The notes under the pieces are model-generated. The model saw only the letters and a program-made list of their open reading frames with translations. It searched no databases and was not told the DNA's origin. A stretch of 51,095 bases of DNA. Origin: a virus. The position numbers and the translations under genes are program-made. The stretch is from IMG/VR virus record IMGVR_UViG_3300040801_001309, positions 1 to 51,095 of that record; one strand, 5' to 3'. Of the stretch, positions 24,865 to 30,963 are shown piece after piece (the stretch's first letter is position 1; each line of letters opens with the position of its first letter).

Positions 24865-25539
24865 TTAAAAATCTGTTACATGTTTCCATGAATTAAATTC
24901 ACAAATATCATGAACAGTAGTCTTTTTCAGGTTTAACTTTTTTTGTATTTCGCTTTTGGATAAATTGTGATGATAAAATAATTGTCTTATAGTTTTTACA
25001 ATATCTTCTGTTAATACTGACGTTCCGACTTTTTCACCAAAACAATGCAATTTATTATCAACAGAGTGTTGAATGTTTTCTTGTGATGTAAGTAGTTCTA
25101 AATTTTCAGGAGTATTGTTGTGCTTATTTCCATCAATATGGTTAATCTCTAAATTTGGATCAAGTTTACCTTTAAACTTTCTATAAACTATTCTGTGAAC
25201 TCGAAGGTTTTTTCCACTATATTTAACAGCTTTATAATTCTGATCTCTTTTTTTGTCACACTGTCGCCAAGTATTTGTAACAAGTTTACCAGTTTTATCT
25301 TTGAGAGTCCAGATAGTTCCATCTTCACGAATATCATACAGTGGATCGACTATAATGTTCTCAATAAGATGATCTAATTGTGCTTTACTATTAGAACTGT
25401 AATTAATATTGTTACACCAATAGTGTGTCATACTTTTTGATGTTCCAAATTTATCAGCAATTTGTTTGTATGACCAACCCTGATTTCTTAATTCTCTTGC
25501 TTCTTCTTTTATTTCTTCTGAATATCTATTACCAGCCAT
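24865..25539 (-). CDS. HNH homing endonuclease (paralogue 3)
   Basis: It has the same N-terminus (AGNRYSEEIKEEARELRNQGWSYKQIADKF) and HNH core (EINHIDGNKHNNTPENLELLTSQENIQHS). It is flanked directly by tRNA-Pro and tRNA-Thr. Confidence 0.8.
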   Translation of the reverse strand: MAGNRYSEEIKEEARELRNQGWSYKQIADKFGTSKSMTHYWCNNINYSSNSKAQLDHLIENIIVDPLYDIREDGTIWTLKDKTGKLVTNTWRQCDKKRDQNYKAVKYSGKNLRVHRIVYRKFKGKLDPNLEINHIDGNKHNNTPENLELLTSQENIQHSVDNKLHCFGEKVGTSVLTEDIVKTIRQLFYHHNLSKSEIQKKLNLKKTTVHDICEFNSWKHVTDF

Positions 25540-25575
25540 TTATACATACGTTCTCCTTTATAATAATTTTGAATA

Positions 25576-25647
25576 TCGAGAATGGATGATTTGCACATCA
25601 GATTGAGACTCCCAAGGTCCCCGTGTTACTATTACACTACATTCTCG
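25576..25647 (-). tRNA. tRNA-Pro(TGG): tRNA-Pro (anticodon TGG)
   Basis: Acceptor CGAGAAT/ATTCTCG and anticodon arm GGGAC-CTTGGGA-GTCTC. The D and T stems are weak. Confidence 0.6.
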
Positions 25648-25658
25648 TTAATGTACTG

Positions 25659-25724
25659 ATCCAGTAGTACTTTTGAGCACCGAGTTTACAGCCCAGTGGG
25701 ATACCAATTGACCATACTACTGGA
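25659..25724 (-). tRNA. Atypical 66-nt tRNA-like gene, anticodon GTA (Tyr)
   Basis: Acceptor is TCCAGTA/TACTGGA and the D-loop is TCAATTGGTA. The anticodon arm is CTGGG-CTGTAAA-CTCGG. Only 13 nt occupy the place of the variable region plus T-arm. Confidence 0.35.
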
Positions 25725-25798
25725 TTAAATGTAAAATATCGAATATGAATATTTGTATGTCCCTGGTTGTGGAACATTTTGCATATGTAATCATATTC
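25725..25798 (-). promoter_or_regulatory. Stem-loop unit U2 (GAATATG-ATTACATATG-34 nt-CATATTC-GATATTTTAC)
   Basis: Perfect 7-bp arms and the conserved box, upstream of the Tyr-like tRNA. Confidence 0.55.
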
Positions 25799-25874
25799 TA
25801 ACCAAACTCCGGTTGGCTATGTTTACCTATATACTATTTGCAGTGATCGATTTACCAAATGTATATAGCTAAAG

Positions 25875-25948
25875 ATGCTGTGGGTAGTTTCGAGCTACCG
25901 ATCTTCGGGTTTGCAATCCGACGCTTGTACCATCTCAGCTACACAGCC
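25875..25948 (-). tRNA. tRNA-Cys(GCA): tRNA-Cys (anticodon GCA)
   Basis: Acceptor GGCTGTG/CACAGCA has a 1-72 mismatch. The anticodon loop is TTGCAAA. The T-arm is GGTAG-CTCGAAA-CTACC. Confidence 0.65.
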
Positions 25949-25960
25949 AATGATTGAATG

Positions 25961-26335
25961 TTATTCAAAATATATGTTCATTATAAAATTTTCTGAAGAT
26001 ATGTTTTCAGTAATAGGATCGCTACAAAGAGCTTCTATCAACATTACTGGCATATCATCAATAATTTCATTTTCAATAACATCTATTTTAAACATATTTC
26101 GTGCTTTAATAATATGTTCTGAACATTCTTGTGTTAATTCTTCAAAATAACTATCTAAATTATCATGATGTATCCCATTAGCTTCATCAGTACATAAGTC
26201 ATTAAACCGTCCATCTATTTTATTACGAAGATCTTTAGATTCTTCAATAAAATTAGCAATAGTCTTATCTTCATTTGACGTGTTAACTATTACAATTGCT
26301 GCAACATTTGAGTCTTCGATATTCAGTAATGTCAT
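25961..26335 (-). CDS. Acidic hypothetical protein (124 aa)
   Basis: D/E-rich ORF embedded in the tRNA cluster. Confidence 0.55.
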   Translation of the reverse strand: MTLLNIEDSNVAAIVIVNTSNEDKTIANFIEESKDLRNKIDGRFNDLCTDEANGIHHDNLDSYFEELTQECSEHIIKARNMFKIDVIENEIIDDMPVMLIEALCSDPITENISSENFIMNIYFE

Positions 26336-26373
26336 GTGTTAGTTCTCCATTTTTATTGTAAATGTATAAAGCA

Positions 26374-26445
26374 TAGTCTCTATCAGGATCGAACTGATGT
26401 TGCCGGATCGAAAATCCGATGTCCTAACCACTAGACGAAGAGACC
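26374..26445 (-). tRNA. tRNA-Glu(TTC): tRNA-Glu (anticodon TTC)
   Basis: Acceptor GGTCTCT/AGAGACT. D-arm GTCT-AGTGGTTA-GGAC. Anticodon arm TCGGA-TTTTCGA-TCCGG. T-loop TTCGATC. Confidence 0.8.
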
Positions 26446-26510
26446 ATGTAGAAAAAATATCGCACAAGTTATAAACAGTATTTCTGATATATGCATATGT
26501 AAACTTGTGC
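26446..26510 (-). promoter_or_regulatory. Stem-loop unit U3 (GCACAAG-TTTACATATG-25 nt-CTTGTGC-GATATTTTTTC)
   Basis: Perfect 7-bp arms and the conserved box, abutting tRNA-Glu. Confidence 0.55.
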
Positions 26511-26564
26511 TTAATGGTTATACCGAAGCCTAGCGCACAAGGCTGCCGACTACCCACATATAAC

Positions 26565-26879
26565 CTATGCAGAAACAGCGTTAAACTGATTCCACATCCA
26601 GTTTGGCATTCCTTTAGGATTACCAAACATATCAAGAAAGCCTTTGAAAATCAATCTTGGAAAACATTTGTGACAACCAGGGTTTCCACAATTGTAATTC
26701 CCATGTCCTGTTTTCAGGGGTTTCTTTTTGCTTCTTTTAAATCTTGTTGAAGATTTTGTTCTACCTTCTTCTCCATATTGTGCATAAAGATCTCTTTTAC
26801 GAGCTTTAGCAGCCATCTTCAAATCTTTTCTTCTTAATTTTGCTCTTGCTCTTGAACCTTTTCCACCACGTAGTGCCAT
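26565..26879 (-). CDS. Highly basic small protein with Cys/His knuckle (104 aa)
   Basis: K/R-rich N-terminal half and the motif HGNYNCGNPGCHKC. RBS GAAAGGAC. The leader contains the tRNA-like element. Confidence 0.6.
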   Translation of the reverse strand: MALRGGKGSRARAKLRRKDLKMAAKARKRDLYAQYGEEGRTKSSTRFKRSKKKPLKTGHGNYNCGNPGCHKCFPRLIFKGFLDMFGNPKGMPNWMWNQFNAVSA

Positions 26880-26927
26880 CTGTTATCAAAGTCCTTTCAT
26901 GTTATATATTGAAAAAGTAAAATATCG

Positions 26928-27040
26928 GATATGTTTTAGGACCATTGTTCTACCGGACTGAACTACATCCTTCCATTTGGAAAGACGATTGGAATTGAAC
27001 CAATGACATACGGTTTTGTTTTACATATGTAAACATATCC
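26928..27040 (-). ncRNA. YrlA-type (permuted) tRNA-like RNA; stem-loop unit U4
   Basis: The 5'-3' order is as follows. Closing stem GGATATG/CATATCC, then TTTACATATG. A 5-bp anticodon-stem analogue ACCGT/ATGGT, then a 4-5 nt variable loop. A T-arm with loop TTCAATT(C). A 9-bp acceptor-like hairpin CGTCTTTCC-AAAT-GGAAGGATG. Then TA and a canonical D-arm GTTC-AGTCCGGTA-GAAC. Confidence 0.6.
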
Positions 27041-27047
27041 TTTGAAC

Positions 27048-27120
27048 CTGTACAGGCTGGGATCGAACCAGCGACTACGTGGTTAACAGCCACGTCCCAT
27101 GCCAACTTGGGTACTGTACA
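27048..27120 (-). tRNA. tRNA-Asn(GTT): tRNA-Asn (anticodon GTT)
   Basis: Acceptor TGTACAG/CTGTACA. Anticodon arm CGTGG-CTGTTAA-CCACG. T-arm GCTGG-TTCGATC-CCAGC. Confidence 0.85.
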
Positions 27121-27213
27121 ATTGGTGCCACTTTTGTGAATATATTTGTTGGGAGGTTTAAATATATCTTTGTTAATGTTTTAAAGGAGTCCACAAAAGT
27201 AGCATAAAAAGGA

Positions 27214-27271
27214 GGGGATCTTAAAAATAGGACTTGTATTTTATTGTTCTGGAGCCTATTCACCAATCCCC
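27214..27271 (-). ncRNA. 58-nt stem-closed RNA element following unit U5
   Basis: A GGGGATT/GATCCCC stem encloses 44 nt and is followed by TCCTTTTTAT. It occupies the slot that tRNAs occupy after the other units and may simply be a terminator. Confidence 0.3.
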
Positions 27272-27272
27272 A

Positions 27273-27331
27273 CAAAATAGATCGAATACGTACTTAGCAA
27301 TGGTAAGAAATTATCATATGTAGACGTATTC
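27273..27331 (-). promoter_or_regulatory. Stem-loop unit U5 (GAATACGT-CTACATATG-23 nt-ACGTATTC-GATCTATTTTG)
   Basis: Perfect 8-bp arms and the conserved box. Confidence 0.55.
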
Positions 27332-27344
27332 TATAAACTAAAGG

Positions 27345-27418
27345 GAGCGGTGGATGGTACTGCCCCATCTATCTCTTGGGTATGAACCAAGCGGGATAAA
27401 CTTTTTCCCCACACCGCA
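27345..27418 (-). tRNA. tRNA-Met(CAT): tRNA-Met (anticodon CAT; could be initiator or Ile2 type)
   Basis: Acceptor TGCGGTG/CACCGCT has a 1-72 T.T mismatch. The D-stem is GGGG/TCCC. The anticodon arm is CTTGG-TTCATAC-CCAAG. The T-arm GATGG-GGCAGTA-CCATC has a non-canonical loop. Confidence 0.7.
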
Positions 27419-27475
27419 TCAAAATAGATCGATCACGTTATCATTTCAAGTGTATTATCATATGTAAACGTGATC
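27419..27475 (-). promoter_or_regulatory. Stem-loop unit U6 (GATCACGT-TTACATATG-20 nt-ACGTGATC-GATCTATTTTG)
   Basis: Perfect 8-bp arms and the conserved box, abutting tRNA-Met. Confidence 0.55.
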
Positions 27476-27483
27476 TAAAATAA

Positions 27484-27576
27484 TGTGAAGGAAAGTATCG
27501 AAACTTTCGGTGGCCGTCGCCTAGCATCCATGCCTTCCTCTCGATTCGGACGAGTCATCCCCATCCTGGCTTCACA
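27484..27576 (-). ncRNA. 93-nt GC-rich structured RNA of unknown class
   Basis: It has a 7-bp closing stem TGTGAAG/CTTCACA, a T-arm-like hairpin GAAAGT-TTCGAT-ACTTTC, and an anticodon-like hairpin CTCG-TCCGAAT-CGAG. There is no D-arm. It sits where a tRNA would follow unit U7. Confidence 0.4.
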
Positions 27577-27682
27577 AATAGAAGAGATCGAACATGCTTA
27601 AGGGTGTGTATGTTTTTAAAATACACGGGAGTTTCACATCATTTTCATTTTAAATAAAATTTAAGCATATGTATGCATGTTC
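27577..27682 (-). promoter_or_regulatory. Stem-loop unit U7 (GAACATGC-ATACATATG-68 nt-GCATGTTC-GATCTCTTCTATT)
   Basis: Perfect 8-bp arms and a variant box. Confidence 0.5.
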
Positions 27683-27772
27683 TTTACAAACTAAAAGAAC
27701 TAAGCCAAGGCTCAATTCTTTTAGTACCATTTGAGTTCAAACAAGAGCTTGAACTCATTTAGTACTAATATA

Positions 27773-27782
27773 ATTTCTATAT
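27773..27782 (-). promoter_or_regulatory. ATATAGAAAT box at the head of the tRNA/ncRNA cluster
   Basis: Minus-sense TTTATATATAGAAATTATA, followed by two long hairpins. Confidence 0.45.
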
Positions 27783-27804
27783 ATAAAATTTGAAATTATA
27801 ATTT

Positions 27805-28113
27805 TTAATAGCTACAAAAATCACATCCAATAGAACCTCCATAGTCACAACCAATAATTAATATACCATTTTTCTCTTTTATTTCTTTTATCTCACCAAC
27901 CATTATTTCGTTGCCACAGGTGTTACAAATAACACTAAACTCTTTTGCTGTTATGGTAACATCTGTATATTCATCAATATATTCAATTTCACCATCAACG
28001 AATGTTTGAAGTTCACCACCAATATCAATTGTATAAATATGTCTATTATTAATGACGTGTGTTTCGTGAATAGTTCCAGTTTCACCAGTACTTTTAATTA
28101 TAACCTGTTTCAT
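27805..28113 (-). CDS. Hypothetical protein (102 aa) with CxxC pairs
   Basis: ORF containing CNTCG and CDFC motifs. Confidence 0.5.
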   Translation of the reverse strand: MKQVIIKSTGETGTIHETHVINNRHIYTIDIGGELQTFVDGEIEYIDEYTDVTITAKEFSVICNTCGNEIMVGEIKEIKEKNGILIIGCDYGGSIGCDFCSY

Positions 28114-28127
28114 TACTATATCCTTTC

Positions 28128-28163
28128 ATAAAAAATACAGCATCTCCCAATAGTTGGGAAATG
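28128..28163 (-). terminator. Rho-independent terminator
   Basis: GCATTTCCCAA-CTAT-TGGGAGATGC hairpin followed by TGTATTTTTTA. Confidence 0.6.
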
Positions 28164-28173
28164 CTTTTAAAAT

Positions 28174-28353
28174 TTACTTTTTGCCGTAATGCTTGTCTAC
28201 TCTTTCACAAAGATCCTCAAACGCTTGTTCGCCTTTCTTCTTAAGTTCCTCTTTTGTGTCTTTCATTATCTCAGGGTTCGCCCAAGACATCAGTTTAAAT
28301 GTCATTGCTGAACCAATGCTTGTCCAGATAAAAGGTCCAAGTAATGGTAACAT
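28174..28353 (-). CDS. Small membrane-associated protein (59 aa, below ORF-track cutoff), GC-elevated
   Basis: RBS AAAGGAGGACACCAAC-ATG. The product is MLPLLGPFIWTSIGSAMTFKLMSW...KHYGKK. A terminator follows. Confidence 0.55.
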   Translation of the reverse strand: MLPLLGPFIWTSIGSAMTFKLMSWANPEIMKDTKEELKKKGEQAFEDLCERVDKHYGKK

Positions 28354-28367
28354 GTTGGTGTCCTCCT

Positions 28368-28634
28368 TTATAGAATTTCAAGTTCTCCACTCTCATGATG
28401 CTGAATTGCAATATTGTCACGTATCAGGATATCAATATCCGCTTCAGTTTCGACATCATCCTCATCAAAGATCCACCAATCAGTATCAGTGAACTTTACT
28501 TTGAACATATCTCCGCCGCAATCTTCAAAAACCAATGTACCATGCATACTTATATGATCTTTTAGATCATATAATTCACCACGATATAACTTCTCATTAA
28601 CAGCATCAACTGCGTTTTTAACTTTTGCTTTCAT
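28368..28634 (-). CDS. Hypothetical protein (88 aa)
   Basis: ORF that contains one TTGCGGCGG site. Confidence 0.5.
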   Translation of the reverse strand: MKAKVKNAVDAVNEKLYRGELYDLKDHISMHGTLVFEDCGGDMFKVKFTDTDWWIFDEDDVETEADIDILIRDNIAIQHHESGELEIL

Positions 28635-28824
28635 TAGTGCCCTCCCATGCTAAATTAATAATTCGTGTTACAAGATATATTGATGATGATATAAGAATAC
28701 CAGTAACATAATTATTTTGATATCCTACTCTTACCAAGCATTCAGCAAATACAAGTCCACATACACATAGAAACCCAAATGTTGTTGCTAAACTTGAAAT
28801 GATTTCCAGAATCGTTTTACCCAT
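28618..28824 (-). CDS. Small two-TM membrane protein (68 aa)
   Basis: It has two hydrophobic segments. A holin-like role is speculation. Confidence 0.45.
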   Translation of the reverse strand: MGKTILEIISSLATTFGFLCVCGLVFAECLVRVGYQNNYVTGILISSSIYLVTRIINLAWEGTNESKS

Positions 28825-29353
28825 TTTTCTTTTCTCCTTTAATGTTAGATAAAACGGTTTTTATAGCATCATCTTCAATCTTTTCAATACGTTTATAAAA
28901 CATATTGTATACAGATCTTCCTAAACCTAAACAGAAATCATCTGCAAAAGTCCACAACATACTCGGAATCCAATATTGAATCCAGAAAATGATTCTATAT
29001 TTGTTTCCTCGTCTTATAGTATTCTCAATATGCCATTCAGCATATGTTGATTCATCATGTTCTTTTATTAATTCTTTAACTTTTTCTCTGATATGCATCT
29101 TAAATTTAAAGAATGCCCATATAATACCAATGACAACATATGTAATTATGCCTACTATGAAATCAATAGGGTTATTATAAATCCAAGTATATATACCAGG
29201 ATGTGTCCAATACATTACTATAGCAACTATTATCATAAATATATTTGCTATGGTATTGCGTTCTTCATTTGAACACCAACACAAAATAGCAAGAGTTACA
29301 AATATCATGGACAAAATGTCCCATGCAAAAAATCCAAGTACAAAATTAACCAT
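28817..29353 (-). CDS. Multi-pass membrane protein (178 aa)
   Basis: It has at least four hydrophobic helices. Confidence 0.5.
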   Translation of the reverse strand: MVNFVLGFFAWDILSMIFVTLAILCWCSNEERNTIANIFMIIVAIVMYWTHPGIYTWIYNNPIDFIVGIITYVVIGIIWAFFKFKMHIREKVKELIKEHDESTYAEWHIENTIRRGNKYRIIFWIQYWIPSMLWTFADDFCLGLGRSVYNMFYKRIEKIEDDAIKTVLSNIKGEKKNG

Positions 29354-29361
29354 GTGTTTTA

Positions 29362-29802
29362 TTATCCTAATAGTCTAAGTTTTTGTGTTACTTTGTCAAT
29401 ATTATGTTTATAATCTGGCCCTATCCCTAAACAAGTCAATGTAACAACATTATTGAAATGTGTTAATCCTTTGTCGTATATTAAACAACATTTAATATTA
29501 TTGTTAATACAATCTTCATGGATCTTTAAAAGATCTTCTTCGGTTTTACATTTCAATACTATTTTTACAAAGTCATGTTTGAACCAATATATCATTGGAT
29601 GATTTGTAATGATATACCATATAAGAATTAATGGGTTGATGATTATTGCGGCGGAAAATCTCAAAATTCCTTTGTTATACGGGATAAAATGAGCTAATAC
29701 AGCACCCCAAGAAGCATGTGCAACTTGGGGTGCTATTTTTCCACGACCCATATTTAGGTCGTCCCTCACAATTATAGTTTGTCTGATTTGTTTCGTTGTC
29801 AC
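29362..29802 (-). CDS. pth2: Peptidyl-tRNA hydrolase, PTH2 (archaeal/eukaryotic type) with hydrophobic insertion
   Basis: Matching segments are IIVRDDLNMGRGKIAPQVAHAS, VKIVLKCKTEEDLLKI, IYDKGLTHF, TLTCLGIGP and KVTQKLRLL. An insert of about 30 aa (FSAAIIINPLILIWYIITNHPMIYWF) is present. Confidence 0.7.
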   Translation of the reverse strand: MTTKQIRQTIIVRDDLNMGRGKIAPQVAHASWGAVLAHFIPYNKGILRFSAAIIINPLILIWYIITNHPMIYWFKHDFVKIVLKCKTEEDLLKIHEDCINNNIKCCLIYDKGLTHFNNVVTLTCLGIGPDYKHNIDKVTQKLRLLG

Positions 29803-30542
29803 TTCAAATCCTTGTTTATCCGAAAGTTTATAAGTTCACCACAAACTGTAATTTCATATCCTGTCCATTCATCACAATATACGTCAACTTCATACAATTT
29901 ACCATCAATGACTTTTACATGCAATCCACTATAATCGCTTGAATAGATATCTTCATGTTTAAGATGAGGAAGTTTTTCATATCGCGTCCACTGTAATGTT
30001 CCATCATCGTTTAATCCAGAAACAATGTCAATCCATTCATCAGTTTTAATCCAATCACCATAACAATACCCATTTTGTTTAAGATTATTCACGATATTTG
30101 TAATTGTATATTGGTATGTGTTTAATGTTTCTTTAGAAAACAGAAATTCATGCACCATCATTTGTTTCCCATCAATATAGATACCAATATACATGTTTTG
30201 ATACTGTGTGGCTGTTGTTTCATTTTCAGGAATATAGTCAGTTATTGAAATTGATTTTATTTGATAATAAATGTCGTCAAGAAATGGAATGACTTTAACA
30301 CCATCATAATTAAATGTTTCACAAAAACGTTCGACATCTTTCCATGTATCTACTGATGTTATATTGACATAGTTTATAATGTCTGTTATAATAACATCGT
30401 GTTGTTGATTACCAATAATAAATGGAAATACACATCCCTTATAAATTGAATTAAACAAAATTTCAGTTATACTTATTGGTTCTACTGTCAATAGAAAACT
30501 GCTACTTGAACTGTTTGCTACAAATGCTTGACGAATTTTCAT
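29799..30542 (-). CDS. Hypothetical protein (247 aa)
   Basis: ORF only. Confidence 0.5.
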   Translation of the reverse strand: MKIRQAFVANSSSSSFLLTVEPISITEILFNSIYKGCVFPFIIGNQQHDVIITDIINYVNITSVDTWKDVERFCETFNYDGVKVIPFLDDIYYQIKSISITDYIPENETTATQYQNMYIGIYIDGKQMMVHEFLFSKETLNTYQYTITNIVNNLKQNGYCYGDWIKTDEWIDIVSGLNDDGTLQWTRYEKLPHLKHEDIYSSDYSGLHVKVIDGKLYEVDVYCDEWTGYEITVCGELINFRINKDLK

Positions 30543-30543
30543 T

Positions 30544-30963
30544 TTAATAATCCTTTCTAATGGCTAAGTTGTTAGTTACTAATAATTCTGATAAATTCCA
30601 TTCAAGACCATCAATTATAACATATACATCAGCAACAAATCTGAAATACTTACCTTTACTTATATTTCGCAGATATATCTTCGATGCATAGTCACATTGA
30701 TCTGCGGTAAATAGTTTTGCCCTTAATGCTTTTTCATACACTTTTCCTGATGTTCCTCGTAATTCTGGACAGTCTATACCTCTTAATCTTATAGACATGT
30801 TTTGTGATACAATTGGGACACAGCTATATTCAGGTATATTACATGTTATTGTGTCTCCATCGTAATTTCGAATATACTTACATGTTACGTCATCACCTAT
30901 AGCATATGTGCTATATACCATGATAATTATAAGAATATTAATAAATATTTTCATTTTATACAA
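30544..30963 (-). CDS. Secreted thermonuclease (SNase)-like nuclease
   Basis: Signal/TM segment is IFINILIIIMVYSTYA. SNase-like motifs are IRNYDGDTITC and IRLRGIDCPE. Confidence 0.65.
   Translation of the reverse strand: MYKMKIFINILIIIMVYSTYAIGDDVTCKYIRNYDGDTITCNIPEYSCVPIVSQNMSIRLRGIDCPELRGTSGKVYEKALRAKLFTADQCDYASKIYLRNISKGKYFRFVADVYVIIDGLEWNLSELLVTNNLAIRKDY

Noticed and set aside
21117-25539. IscB/omega-RNA (HEARO-like) systems, because structured RNAs accompany HNH genes.
   Set aside because: The proteins are only about 220 aa, with an HTH plus a single HNH domain. There are no RuvC segments, and the associated RNAs carry group I R/S elements.
26928-27040. A circularly permuted or split tRNA gene (3' half followed by 5' half), or an amber suppressor (the TCCTAAA segment contains CTA).
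   Set aside because: The two acceptor-strand analogues pair with each other as a capped hairpin rather than with distant halves. No anticodon stem flanks the CTA. The topology matches a YrlA-type tRNA mimic instead.
27484-27576. tRNA-Sec or another long type-II tRNA.
   Set aside because: There is no TCA anticodon, no D-arm and no 8/5 or 9/4 acceptor/T geometry. The minus-sense 7-nt loop has C at position 33.
24180-27682. A CRISPR array or integron attC-type cassette array, suggested by the repeated units between tRNAs.
   Set aside because: There is no constant direct repeat with regular spacing. The conserved boxes (TTTACATATG and GATATTTT) are not complementary as R'/R'' core sites would be. 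No cas or integrase gene is present.
23594-28492. Plus-strand ORFs from the track (23594..23932, 25875..26150, 26505..26750, 28193..28492) and the short minus-strand ORFs 23971..24192, 26339..26635 and 27075..27275.
   Set aside because: They overlap tRNA genes, ribozyme-like RNA or better-supported minus-strand genes. They lack RBSs and have low-complexity or atypical composition. I judge them to be chance ORFs in GC-elevated RNA genes.
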